Source: Squalus acanthias (lineage: Eukaryota). From it: DNA of 64,000 bases. This document shows, one piece after another, positions 23,304 through 38,300 of this stretch. The notes below the pieces were generated by a model. The model was not told the origin of the DNA, ran no database searches, and saw nothing but the letters and a program-made list of their open reading frames with translations. Positions within the stretch are counted from its first letter, which is position 1. Every line of letters starts with the position of its first letter. Position numbers and translations under genes: made by a program. The DNA lies in assembly GCA_030390025.1 (NCBI GenBank), contig JASTWF010000329.1:186001-250000 (forward strand). Direction: 5' to 3'.

Positions 23304-26300
23304 AAACAGAGACAGGGTCGAGTGTAATATAAACAGAGACAGGGTCGAGAGTAATATAAATAGAGACACGGTCTAGTGTAATATAAACAGAGACAGAGTC
23401 AAGTGTAATATAAACAGAGACAGGGTCTAGTGTAATATAAACAGAGACAGGGTCTAGTGTAATATAAACAGAGACAGGGTCTAGTGTAAAATAAACAGAG
23501 ACAGGGTCTAGTGTAATATAAACAGAGACAGGGTCTAGTGTAATATAAACAGAGACAGGGTCTAGTGTAATATAAACAGAGACAGGGTCTCATGTAATAT
23601 AAACAGAGACAGGGTCTAGTGTAATATAAACAGAGACAGGGTCTAGTGTAATATAAACAGAGACAGGGTCTAGTGTAATATAAACAGAGACAGGGTCTAG
23701 TGTAATATAAACAGAGACAGGGTCTAGTGTAATATAAACAGAGACAGGGTCTAGTGTAATATAAACAGAGACAGGGTCCAGTGTAATATAAACAGAGACA
23801 GGGTCTAGTGTAATATAAACAGAGACAGGGTCTAGTGTAATATAAACAGAGACAGGGTCTAGTGTAATATAAACAGAGACAGGGTCTAGTGTAATATAAA
23901 CAGAGACAGGGTCTAGTGTAATATAAACAGAGACAGGGTCTAGTGTAATATAAACAGAGACAGGGTCTAGTGTAATATAAACAGAGACAGGGTCTAGTGT
24001 AATATAAACAGAGACAGGGTCTAGTGTAATATAAACAGAGACAGGGTCTAGTGTAATATAAACAGAGACAGGGTCTAGTGTAATATAAACAGAGACAGGG
24101 TCTAGTGTAATATAAACAGAGACAGGGTCTAGTGTAATATAAACAGAGACAGGGTCTAGTGTAATATAAACAGAGACAGGGTCTAGTGTAATATAAACAG
24201 AGACAGGGTCTAGTGTAATATAAATAGAGACAGGGTCTAGTGTAATATAAACAGAGACAGGTCTAGTGTAATATAAACAGAGACAGGGTCTAGTGTAATA
24301 TAAACAGAGACAGGGTCTAGTGTAATATAAACAGAGACAGGGTCTAGTGTAATATAAACAGAGACAGGGTCTAGTGTAATATAAACAGAGACAGGGTCTA
24401 GTGTAATATAAACAGAGACAGGGTCTAGTGTAATATAAACAGAGACAGGGTCTAGTGTAATATAAACAGAGACAGGGTCTAGTGTAATATAAACAGAGAC
24501 AGGGTCTAGTGTAATATAAACAGAGACAGGGTCTAGTGTAATATAAACAGAGACAGGGTCTAGTGTAATATAAACAGAGACAGGGTCAGTGTAATATAAA
24601 CAGAGACAGGGTCTAGTGTAATATAAACAGAGACAGGGTCTAGTGTAATATAAACAGAGACAGGGTCTAGTGTAATATAAACAGAGACAGGGTCTAGTGT
24701 AATATAAACAGAGACAGGGTCTAGTGTAATATAAACAGAGACAGGGTCTAGTGTAATATAAACAGAGACAGGGTCTAGTGTAATATAAACAGAGACAGGG
24801 TCTAGTGTAATATAAACAGAGACAGGGTCTAGTGTAATATAAACAGAGACAGGGTCTAGTGTAATATAAACAGAGACAGGGTCTAGTGTAATATAAACAG
24901 AGACAGGGTCTAGTGTAATATAAACAGAGACAGGGTCTAGTGTAATATAAACAGAGACAGGGTCTAGTGTAATATAAACAGAGACAGGGTCTAGTGTAAT
25001 ATAAACAGAGACAGGGTCTAGTGTAATATAAACAGAGACAGGGTCTAGTGTAATATAAACAGAGACAGGGTCTAGTGTAATATAAACAGAGACAGGGTCT
25101 AGTGTAATATAAACAGAGACAGGGTCTAGTGTAATATAAACAGAGACAGGGTCTAGTGTAATATAAACAGAGACAGGGTCTAGTGTAATATAAACAGAGA
25201 CAGGGTCTAGTGTAATATAAACAGAGACAGGGTCTAGTGTAATATAAACAGAGACAGGGTCTAGTGTAATATAAACAGAGACAGGGTCTAGTGTAATATA
25301 AACAGAGACAGGGTCTAGTGTAATATAAACAGAGACAGGGTCTAGTGTAATATAAACAGAGACAGGGTCTAGTGTAATATAAACAGAGACAGGGTCTAGT
25401 GTAATATAAACAGAGACAGGGTCTAGTGTAATATAAACAGAGAGAGTCAAGTGTAATATAAACAGAGACAGGGTCTAGTGTAATATAAACAGAGACAGGG
25501 TCTAGTGTAATATAAACAGAGACAGGGACTAGTGTAATATAAATAGAGACAGGGTCTAGTGTAATATAAACAGAGACAGGGTCTAGTGTAATATAAACAG
25601 AGACAGGGTCTAGTGTAATATAAACAGAGACAGGGACTAGTGTAATATAAACAGAGACAGGGTCTAGTGTAATATAAACAGAGACACGGTCTAGTGTAAT
25701 ATAAACAGAGACAGGGTCAAGTGTAATATAAACAGAGACAGGGTCTAGTGTAATATAAACAGAGACAGGGTCTAGTGTAATATAAACAGAGACAGGGTCT
25801 AGTGTAATATAAATAGAGACAGGGTCTAGTGTAATATAAACAGAGACAGAGTCAAGTGTAATATAAACAGAGACAGGGTCTAGTGTAAAATAAACAGAGA
25901 CAGGGTCTAGTGTAATATAAATAGAGACAGGGTCTAGAGTAATATAAATAGAGACAGGGTCTAGTGTAATATAAACAGAGACAGGGTCTCATGCAATATA
26001 AAGAGAGACAGGGTCCAGTGTAAAATAAACAGAGACAGGGTCTAGTGTAAAATAAACAGAGACAGGGTCTAGTGAAATATAAACAGAGACAGGGTCTAGC
26101 GTAATATAAATAGAGACAGGGTCTAGTGTAATATAAACAGAGACAGAGTCAAGTGTAAAATAAACAGAGACAGGGTCCAGTGTAAAATAAACAGAGACAG
26201 GGTCTAGTGTAATATAAACAGAAACAGGGTCTAGTGTAATATAAACAGAGAGAGTCAAGTGGAATATAAACAGAGACAGGGTCTAGTGTAATATAAACAG

Positions 26301-29300
26301 AGACAGGGTCTAGTGTAATATAAACAGAGACAGGGACTAGTGTAATATAAATAGAGACAGGGTCTAGTGTAATATAAACAGACACAGGGTCTAGTGTAAT
26401 ATAAACAGAGACAGGGTCTAGTGTAATATAAACAGAGACAGGGACTAGTGTAATATAAATAGAGACAGGGTCTAGTGTAAAATAAACAGACAGGGTCTAG
26501 TGTAATTTAAACAGAGACAGGGTCTACTGTAATATTAACAGAGACAGGGCCCAGTGTAATATAAACAGAGATAGGGTCTAGTGTAATATAAACAGAGAAA
26601 TGGTCTAGTGCAATATCAACAGACAGGGCCAAGTGTAATATAAACAGAGACAGTGTCCAGTGTAATATAAAGAGAGACAGGGCCTAGTGCAATATAAACA
26701 GAGATAGGGTCTAGTGTAATATAAACAGAGCCAGGGCCTAGTGTAATATAAAGAGAGACAGGGTCTAATGTAATATAAAGAGAGACAGGGTCCAGTGTAA
26801 TATAAAGAGAGACAGGGCCTAGTGTAATATAAAGAGAGACAGGGTCTAATGTAATATAAAGAGAGACAGGGTCTAGTGTAATATAAAGAGAGACAGGGTC
26901 TCGTGTAATATAAACAGAGACAGGGTCTAGTGTAATATAAACAGAGACAGGGTCTAGTGTAATATAAACAGAGACAGGGTCTAGTGTAATATAAACAGAG
27001 ACAGGGTCTAGTGTAATATAAACAGAGACAGGGCCTAGTGTAATATAAACAGAGACAGGGTCTAGTGTAATATAAACAGAGACAGGGTCTAGTGTAATAT
27101 AAACAGAGACAGGGTCTAGTGTAATATAAAGAGAGACAGGGTCTAGTGTAATATAAAGAGAGACAGGGTCTAGTGTAATATAAACAGAGACAGGGTCTAG
27201 TGTAATATAAACAGAGACAGGCTCTAGTGTAATATAAACAGAGACAGGGTCTAGTGTAATATAAACAGAGACAGGGTCTAGTGTAATATAAACAGAGACA
27301 GGGTCTAGTGTAATATAAACAGAGACAGGGTCTAGTGTAATATAAACAGAGACAGGGTCTAGTGTAATATAAACAGAGACAGGGTCTAGTGTAATATAAA
27401 CAGAGACAGGGTCTAGTGTAATATAAACAGAGACAGGGTCTAGTGTAATATAAACAGAGACAGGGTCTAGTGTAATATAAACAGAGACAGGGTCTAGTGT
27501 AATATAAACAGAGACAGGGTCTAGTGTAATATAAACAGAGACAGGGTCTAGTGTAATATAAACAGAGACAGGGTCTAGTGTAATATAAACAGAGACAGGG
27601 CCAGTGTAATATAAACAGAGACAGGGTCTAGTGTAATATAAACAGAGACAGGGTCTAGTGCAATATCAACAGACAGGGCCAAGTGTAATATAAACAGAGA
27701 CAGTGTCCAGTGTAATATAAAGAGAGACAGGGTCTAGTGTAATATAAACAGAGACAGGGTCTAGTGTAATATAAACAGAGACAGGGCCTAGTGTAATATA
27801 AAGAGAGACAGGGTCTAGTGTAATATAAAGAGAGACAGGGTCTAGTGTAATATAAAGAGAGACAGGGCCTAGTGTAATATAAAGAGAGACAGGGTCTAGT
27901 GTAATATAAAGAGAGACAGGGTCTAGTGTAATATAAACAGAGACAGGGTCTAGTGTAATATAAACAGAGACAGGGTCTAGTGTAATATAAACAGAGACAG
28001 GGTCTAGTGTAATATAAACAGAGACAGGGTCTAGTGTAATATAAACAGAGACAGGGTCTAGTGTAATATAAACAGAGACAGGGTCTAGTGTAATATAAAC
28101 AGAGACAGGGTCTAGTGTAATATAAACAGAGACAGGGTCTAGTGTAATATAAACAGAGACAGGGTCTAGTGTAATATAAACAGAGACAGGGTCTAGTGTA
28201 ATATAAACAGAGACAGGGTCTAGTGTAATATAAACAGAGACAGGGTCTAGTGTAATATAAACAGAGACAGGGTCTAGTGTAATATAAACAGAGACAGGGT
28301 CTAGTGTAATATAAACAGAGACAGGGTCTAGTGTAATATAAACAGAGACAGGGTCTAGTGTAATATAAACAGAGACAGGGTCTAGTGTAATATAAACAGA
28401 GACAGGGTCTAGTGTAATATAAACAGAGACAGGGTCTAGTGTAATATAAACAGAGACAGGGTCTAGTGTAATATAAACAGAGACAGGGTCTAGTGTAATA
28501 TAAACAGAGACAGGGTCTAGTGTAATATAAACAGAGACAGGGTCTAGTGTAATATAAACAGAGACAGGGTCTAGTGTAATATAAACAGAGACAGGGTCTA
28601 GTGTAATATAAACAGAGACAGGGTCTAGTGTAATATAAACAGAGACAGGGTCTAGTGTAATATAAACAGAGACAGGGTCTAGTGTAATATAAACAGAGAC
28701 AGGGTCTAGTGTAATATAAACAGAGACAGGGTCTAGTGTAATATAAACAGAGACAGGGTCTAGTGTAATATAAACAGAGACAGGGTCTAGTGTAATATAA
28801 ACAGAGACAGGGTCTAGTGTAATATAAACAGAGACAGGGTCTAGTGTAATATAAACAGAGACAGGGTCTAGTGTAATATAAACAGAGACAGGGTCTAGTG
28901 TAATATAAACAGAGACAGGGTCTAGTGTAATATAAACAGAGACAGGGTCTAGTGTAATATAAACAGAGACAGGGTCTAGTGTAATATAAACAGAGACAGG
29001 GTCTAGTGTAATATAAACAGAGACAGGGTCTAGTGTAATATAAACAGAGACAGGGTCTAGTGTAATATAAACAGAGACAGGGTCTAGTGTAATATAAACA
29101 GAGACAGGGTCTAGTGTAATATAAACAGAGACAGGGTCTAGTGTAATATAAACAGAGACAGGGTCTAGTGTAATATAAACAGAGACAGGGTCTAGTGTAA
29201 TATAAACAGAGACAGGGTCTAGTGTAATATAAACAGAGACAGGGTCTAGTGTAATATAAACAGAGACAGGGTCTAGTGTAATATAAACAGAGACAGGGTC

Positions 29301-32300
29301 TAGTGTAATATAAACAGAGACAGGGTCTAGTGTAATATAAACAGAGACAGGGTCTAGTGTAATATAAACAGAGACAGGGTCTAGTGTAATATAAACAGAG
29401 ACAGGGTCTAGTGTAATATAAACAGAGACAGGGTCTAGTGTAATATAAACAGAGACAGGGTCTAGTGTAATATAAACAGAGACAGGGTCTAGTGTAATAT
29501 AAACAGAGACAGGGTCTAGTGTAATATAAACAGAGACAGGGTCTAGTGTAATATAAACAGAGACAGGGTCTAGTGTAATATAAACAGAGACAGGGTCTAG
29601 TGTAATATAAACAGAGACAGGGTCTAGTGTAATATAAACAGAGACAGGGTCTAGTGTAATATAAACAGAGACAGGGTCTAGTGTAATATAAACAGAGACA
29701 GGGTCTAGTGTAATATAAACAGAGACAGGGTCTAGTGTAATATAAACAGAGACAGGGTCTAGTGTAATATAAACAGAGACAGGGTCTAGTGTAATATAAA
29801 CAGAGACAGGGTCTAGTGTAATATAAACAGAGACAGGGTCTAGTGTAATATAAACAGAGACAGGGTCTAGTGTAATATAAACAGAGACAGGGTCTAGTGT
29901 AATATAAACAGAGACAGGGTCTAGTGTAATATAAACAGAGACAGGGTCTAGTGTAATATAAACAGAGACAGGGTCTAGTGTAATATAAACAGAGACAGGG
30001 TCTAGTGTAATATAAACAGAGACAGGGTCTAGTGTAATATAAACAGAGACAGGGTCTAGTGTAATATAAACAGAGACAGGGTCTAGTGTAATATAAACAG
30101 AGACAGGGTCTAGTGTAATATAAACAGAGACAGGGTCTAGTGTAATATAAACAGAGACAGGGTCTAGTGTAATATAAACAGAGACAGGGTCTAGTGTAAT
30201 ATAAACAGAGACAGGGTCTAGTGTAATATAAACAGAGACAGGGTCTAGTGTAATATAAACAGAGACAGGGTCTAGTGTAATATAAACAGAGACAGGGTCT
30301 AGTGTAATATAAACAGAGACAGGGTCTAGTGTAATATAAACAGAGACAGGGTCTAGTGTAATATAAACAGAGACAGGGTCTAGTGTAATATAAACAGAGA
30401 CAGGGTCTAGTGTAATATAAACAGAGACAGGGTCTAGTGTAATATAAACAGAGACAGGGTCTAGTGTAATATAAACAGAGACAGGGTCTAGTGTAATATA
30501 AACAGAGACAGGGTCTAGTGTAATATAAACAGAGACAGGGTCTAGTGTAATATAAACAGAGACAGGGTCTAGTGTAATATAAACAGAGACAGGGTCTAGT
30601 GTAATATAAACAGAGACAGGGTCTAGTGTAATATAAACAGAGACAGGGTCTAGTGTAATATAAACAGAGACAGGGTCTAGTGTAATATAAACAGAGACAG
30701 GGTCTAGTGTAATATAAACAGAGACAGGGTCTAGTGTAATATAAACAGAGACAGGGTCTAGTGTAATATAAACAGAGACAGGGTCTAGTGTAATATAAAC
30801 AGAGACAGGGTCTAGTGTAATATAAACAGAGACAGGGTCTAGTGTAATATAAACAGAGACAGGGTCTAGTGTAATATAAACAGAGACAGGGTCTAGTGTA
30901 ATATAAACAGAGACAGGGTCTAGTGTAATATAAACAGAGACAGGGTCTAGTGTAATATAAACAGAGACAGGGTCTAGTGTAATATAAACAGAGACAGGGT
31001 CTAGTGTAATATAAACAGAGACAGGGTCTAGTGTAATATAAACAGAGACAGGGTCTAGTGTAATATAAACAGAGACAGGGTCTAGTGTAATATAAACAGA
31101 GACAGGGTCTAGTGTAATATAAACAGAGACAGGGTCTAGTGTAATATAAACAGAGACAGGGTCTAGTGTAATATAAACAGAGACAGGGTCTAGTGTAATA
31201 TAAACAGAGACAGGGTCTAGTGTAATATAAACAGAGACAGGGTCTAGTGTAATATAAACAGAGACAGGGTCTAGTGTAATATAAACAGAGACAGGGTCTA
31301 GTGTAATATAAACAGAGACAGGGTCTAGTGTAATATAAACAGAGACAGGGTCTAGTGTAATATAAACAGAGACAGGGTCTAGTGTAATATAAACAGAGAC
31401 AGGGTCTAGTGTAATATAAACAGAGACAGGGTCTAGTGTAATATAAACAGAGACAGGGTCTAGTGTAATATAAACAGAGACAGGGTCTAGTGTAATATAA
31501 ACAGAGACAGGGTCTAGTGTAATATAAACAGAGACAGGGTCTAGTGTAATATAAACAGAGACAGGGTCTAGTGTAATATAAACAGAGACAGGGTCTAGTG
31601 TAATATAAACAGAGACAGGGTCTAGTGTAATATAAACAGAGACAGGGTCTAGTGTAATATAAACAGAGACAGGGTCTAGTGTAATATAAACAGAGACAGG
31701 GTCTAGTGTAATATAAACAGAGACAGGGTCTAGTGTAATATAAACAGAGACAGGGTCTAGTGTAATATAAACAGAGACAGGGTCTAGTGTAATATAAACA
31801 GAGACAGGGTCTAGTGTAATATAAACAGAGACAGGGTCTAGTGTAATATAAACAGAGACAGGGTCTAGTGTAATATAAACAGAGACAGGGTCTAGTGTAA
31901 TATAAACAGAGACAGGGTCTAGTGTAATATAAACAGAGACAGGGTCTAGTGTAATATAAACAGAGACAGGGTCTAGTGTAATATAAACAGAGACAGGGTC
32001 TAGTGTAATATAAACAGAGACAGGGTCTAGTGTAATATAAACAGAGACAGGGTCTAGTGTAATATAAACAGAGACAGGGTCTAGTGTAATATAAACAGAG
32101 ACAGGGTCTAGTGTAATATAAACAGAGACAGGGTCTAGTGTAATATAAACAGAGACAGGGTCTAGTGTAATATAAACAGAGACAGGGTCTAGTGTAATAT
32201 AAACAGAGACAGGGTCTAGTGTAATATAAACAGAGACAGGGTCTAGTGTAATATAAACAGAGACAGGGTCTAGTGTAATATAAACAGAGACAGGGTCTAG

Positions 32301-35300
32301 TGTAATATAAACAGAGACAGGGTCTAGTGTAATATAAACAGAGACAGGGTCTAGTGTAATATAAACAGAGACAGGGTCTAGTGTAATATAAACAGAGACA
32401 GGGTCTAGTGTAATATAAACAGAGACAGGGTCTAGTGTAATATAAACAGAGACAGGGTCTAGTGTAATATAAACAGAGACAGGGTCTAGTGTAATATAAA
32501 CAGAGACAGGGTCTAGTGTAATATAAACAGAGACAGGGTCTAGTGTAATATAAACAGAGACAGGGTCTAGTGTAATATAAACAGAGACAGGGTCTAGTGT
32601 AATATAAACAGAGACAGGGTCTAGTGTAATATAAACAGAGACAGGGTCTAGTGTAATATAAACAGAGACAGGGTCTAGTGTAATATAAACAGAGACAGGG
32701 TCTAGTGTAATATAAACAGAGACAGGGTCTAGTGTAATATAAACAGAGACAGGGTCTAGTGTAATATAAACAGAGACAGGGTCTAGTGTAATATAAACAG
32801 AGACAGGGTCTAGTGTAATATAAACAGAGACAGGGTCTAGTGTAATATAAACAGAGACAGGGTCTAGTGTAATATAAACAGAGACAGGGTCTAGTGTAAT
32901 ATAAACAGAGACAGGGTCTAGTGTAATATAAACAGAGACAGGGTCTAGTGTAATATAAACAGAGACAGGGTCTAGTGTAATATAAACAGAGACAGGGTCT
33001 AGTGTAATATAAACAGAGACAGGGTCTAGTGTAATATAAACAGAGACAGGGTCTAGTGTAATATAAACAGAGACAGGGTCTAGTGTAATATAAACAGAGA
33101 CAGGGTCTAGTGTAATATAAACAGAGACAGGGTCTAGTGTAATATAAACAGAGACAGGGTCTAGTGTAATATAAACAGAGACAGGGTCTAGTGTAATATA
33201 AACAGAGACAGGGTCTAGTGTAATATAAACAGAGACAGGGTCTAGTGTAATATAAACAGAGACAGGGTCTAGTGTAATATAAACAGAGACAGGGTCTAGT
33301 GTAATATAAACAGAGACAGGGTCTAGTGTAATATAAACAGAGACAGGGTCTAGTGTAATATAAACAGAGACAGGGTCTAGTGTAATATAAACAGAGACAG
33401 GGTCTAGTGTAATATAAACAGAGACAGGGTCTAGTGTAATATAAACAGAGACAGGGTCTAGTGTAATATAAACAGAGACAGGGTCTAGTGTAATATAAAC
33501 AGAGACAGGGTCTAGTGTAATATAAACAGAGACAGGGTCTAGTGTAATATAAACAGAGACAGGGTCTAGTGTAATATAAACAGAGACAGGGTCTAGTGTA
33601 ATATAAACAGAGACAGGGTCTAGTGTAATATAAACAGAGACAGGGTCTAGTGTAATATAAACAGAGACAGGGTCTAGTGTAATATAAACAGAGACAGGGT
33701 CTAGTGTAATATAAACAGAGACAGGGTCTAGTGTAATATAAACAGAGACAGGGTCTAGTGTAATATAAACAGAGACAGGGTCTAGTGTAATATAAACAGA
33801 GACAGGGTCTAGTGTAATATAAACAGAGACAGGGTCTAGTGTAATATAAACAGAGACAGGGTCTAGTGTAATATAAACAGAGACAGGGTCTAGTGTAATA
33901 TAAACAGAGACAGGGTCTAGTGTAATATAAACAGAGACAGGGTCTAGTGTAATATAAACAGAGACAGGGTCTAGTGTAATATAAACAGAGACAGGGTCTA
34001 GTGTAATATAAACAGAGACAGGGTCTAGTGTAATATAAACAGAGACAGGGTCTAGTGTAATATAAACAGAGACAGGGTCTAGTGTAATATAAACAGAGAC
34101 AGGGTCTAGTGTAATATAAACAGAGACAGGGTCTAGTGTAATATAAACAGAGACAGGGTCTAGTGTAATATAAACAGAGACAGGGTCTAGTGTAATATAA
34201 ACAGAGACAGGGTCTAGTGTAATATAAACAGAGACAGGGTCTAGTGTAATATAAACAGAGACAGGGTCTAGTGTAATATAAACAGAGACAGGGTCTAGTG
34301 TAATATAAACAGAGACAGGGTCTAGTGTAATATAAACAGAGACAGGGTCTAGTGTAATATAAACAGAGACAGGGTCTAGTGTAATATAAACAGAGACAGG
34401 GTCTAGTGTAATATAAACAGAGACAGGGTCTAGTGTAATATAAACAGAGACAGGGTCTAGTGTAATATAAACAGAGACAGGGTCTAGTGTAATATAAACA
34501 GAGACAGGGTCTAGTGTAATATAAACAGAGACAGGGTCTAGTGTAATATAAACAGAGACAGGGTCTAGTGTAATATAAACAGAGACAGGGTCTAGTGTAA
34601 TATAAACAGAGACAGGGTCTAGTGTAATATAAACAGAGACAGGGTCTAGTGTAATATAAACAGAGACAGGGTCTAGTGTAATATAAACAGAGACAGGGTC
34701 TAGTGTAATATAAACAGAGACAGGGTCTAGTGTAATATAAACAGAGACAGGGTCTAGTGTAATATAAACAGAGACAGGGTCTAGTGTAATATAAACAGAG
34801 ACAGGGTCTAGTGTAATATAAACAGAGACAGGGTCTAGTGTAATATAAACAGAGACAGGGTCTAGTGTAATATAAACAGAGACAGGGTCTAGTGTAATAT
34901 AAACAGAGACAGGGTCTAGTGTAATATAAACAGAGACAGGGTCTAGTGTAATATAAACAGAGACAGGGTCTAGTGTAATATAAACAGAGACAGGGTCTAG
35001 TGTAATATAAACAGAGACAGGGTCTAGTGTAATATAAACAGAGACAGGGTCTAGTGTAATATAAACAGAGACAGGGTCTAGTGTAATATAAACAGAGACA
35101 GGGTCTAGTGTAATATAAACAGAGACAGGGTCTAGTGTAATATAAACAGAGACAGGGTCTAGTGTAATATAAACAGAGACAGGGTCTAGTGTAATATAAA
35201 CAGAGACAGGGTCTAGTGTAATATAAACAGAGACAGGGTCTAGTGTAATATAAACAGAGACAGGGTCTAGTGTAATATAAACAGAGACAGGGTCTAGTGT

Positions 35301-38300
35301 AATATAAACAGAGACAGGGTCTAGTGTAATATAAACAGAGACAGGGTCTAGTGTAATATAAACAGAGACAGGGTCTAGTGTAATATAAACAGAGACAGGG
35401 TCTAGTGTAATATAAACAGAGACAGGGTCTAGTGTAATATAAACAGAGACAGGGTCTAGTGTAATATAAACAGAGACAGGGTCTAGTGTAATATAAACAG
35501 AGACAGGGTCTAGTGTAATATAAACAGAGACAGGGTCTAGTGTAATATAAACAGAGACAGGGTCTAGTGTAATATAAACAGAGACAGGGTCTAGTGTAAT
35601 ATAAACAGAGACAGGGTCTAGTGTAATATAAACAGAGACAGGGTCTAGTGTAATATAAACAGAGACAGGGTCTAGTGTAATATAAACAGAGACAGGGTCT
35701 AGTGTAATATAAACAGAGACAGGGTCTAGTGTAATATAAACAGAGACAGGGTCTAGTGTAATATAAACAGAGACAGGGTCTAGTGTAATATAAACAGAGA
35801 CAGGGTCTAGTGTAATATAAACAGAGACAGGGTCTAGTGTAATATAAACAGAGACAGGGTCTAGTGTAATATAAACAGAGACAGGGTCTAGTGTAATATA
35901 AACAGAGACAGGGTCTAGTGTAATATAAACAGAGACAGGGTCTAGTGTAATATAAACAGAGACAGGGTCTAGTGTAATATAAACAGAGACAGGGTCTAGT
36001 GTAATATAAACAGAGACAGGGTCTAGTGTAATATAAACAGAGACAGGGTCTAGTGTAATATAAACAGAGACAGGGTCTAGTGTAATATAAACAGAGACAG
36101 GGTCTAGTGTAATATAAACAGAGACAGGGTCTAGTGTAATATAAACAGAGACAGGGTCTAGTGTAATATAAACAGAGACAGGGTCTAGTGTAATATAAAC
36201 AGAGACAGGGTCTAGTGTAATATAAACAGAGACAGGGCCTAGTGTAATATAAACAGAGACAGGGTCTAGTGTAATATAAACAGAGACAGGGTCTAGTGTA
36301 ATATAAACAGAGACAGGGTCTAGTGTAATATAAACAGAGACAGGGTCTAGTGTAATATAAACAGAGACAGGGTCTAGTGTAATATAAACAGAGACAGGGT
36401 CTAGTGTAATATAAACAGAGACAGGGTCTAGTGTAATATAAACAGAGACAGGGTCTAGTGTAATATAAACAGAGACAGGGTCTAGTGTAATATAAACAGA
36501 GACAGGGTCTAGTGTAATATAAACAGAGACAGGGTCTAGTGTAATATAAACAGAGACAGGGTCTAGTGTAATATAAACAGAGACAGGGTCTAGTGTAATA
36601 TAAACAGAGACAGGGTCTAGTGTAATATAAACAGAGACAGGTCTAGTGTAATATAAACAGAGACAGGGTCTAGTGTAATATAAACAGAGACAGGGTCTAG
36701 TGTAATATAAACAGAGACAGGGTCTAGTGTAATATAAACAGAGACAGGGTCTAGTGTAATATAAACAGAGACAGGGCCCAGTGTAATATAAACAGAGACA
36801 GGGTCTAGTGTAATATAAACAGAGACAGGTCTAGTGTAATATAAACAGAGACAGGGTCTAGTGTAATATAAACAGAGACAGGGTCTAGTGTAATATAAAC
36901 AGAGACAGGGTCTAGTGTAATATAAACAGAGACAGGGTCTAGTGTAATATAAACAGAGACAGGGTCTAGTGTAATATAAACAGAGACAGGGTCTAGTGTA
37001 ATATAAACAGAGACAGGGTCTAGTGTAATATAAACAGAGACAGGGTCTAGTGTAATATAAACAGAGACAGGGTCTAGTGTAATATAAACAGAGACAGGGT
37101 CTAGTGTAATATAAACAGAGACAGGGTCTAGTGTAATATAAACAGAGACAGGGTCTAGTGTAATATAAACAGAGACAGGGTCTAGTGTAATATAAACAGA
37201 GACAGGGTCTAGTGTAATATAAACAGAGACAGGGTCTAGTGTAATATAAACAGAGACAGGGTCTAGTGTAATATAAACAGAGACAGGGTCTAGTGTAATA
37301 TAAACAGAGACAGGGTCTAGTGTAATATAAACAGAGAAGGGTCTAGTGTATATAAACAGAGACAGGGTCTAGTGTAATATAAACAGAGACAGGGTCTAGT
37401 GTAATATAAACAGAGACAGGGTCCTAGTGTAATATAAACAGAGACAGGGTCTAGTGTAATATAAAACAGAGACAGGATCTAGTGTATATAAACAGAGACA
37501 GGGTCTAGTGTAATATAAACAGAGACAGGGTCTAGTGTAATATAAACAGAGACAGGGTCTAGTGTAATATAAACAGAGACAGGGTCTAGTGTAATATAAA
37601 GAGAGACAGGGTCTAGTGTATATAAACAGAGACAGGGTCTAGTGTAATATAAACAGAGACAGGTCTAGTGTAATATAAACAGAGACAGGGTCTAGTGTAA
37701 TATAAACAGAGACAGGGTCTAGTGTAATATAAACAGAGACAGGGTCTAGTGTAATATAAACAGAGACAGGGCTAGTGTAATATAAACAGAGACAGGGTCT
37801 AGTGTAATATAAACAGAGACAGGGTCTAGTGTAATATAAACAGAGACAGGGTCTACTGTAATATAAACAGAGACAGGGTCTAGTGTAATATAAACAGAGA
37901 CAGGGTCTAGTGTAATATAAACAGAGACAGGGGTCTAGTGTAATATAAACAGAGACGGGTCTAGGTGTAAATATAAACAGAGACAGGGTCTAGTGTAATA
38001 TAAAACAGAGACAGGGTCTAGTGTAATATAAACAGAGACAGGGTCTAGTGTAGATAAACAGAGGACAGGGTCTAGTGTAATATAAACAGAGGACAGGGTC
38101 TAGTGTAATATAAACAGAGACAGGGTCTAGTGTAATTATAAACAGAGACAGGGTCTAGTGTAATATAAACAGAGACAGGGTCTTGTGTAATATAAACAGA
38201 GACAGGGTCTAGTGTAATATAAACAGAGACAGGGTCTAGTGTAATATAAACAGAGACAGGGTCCAGAGTAATATAACATAGAGACAGGGTCTAGTGTAAT

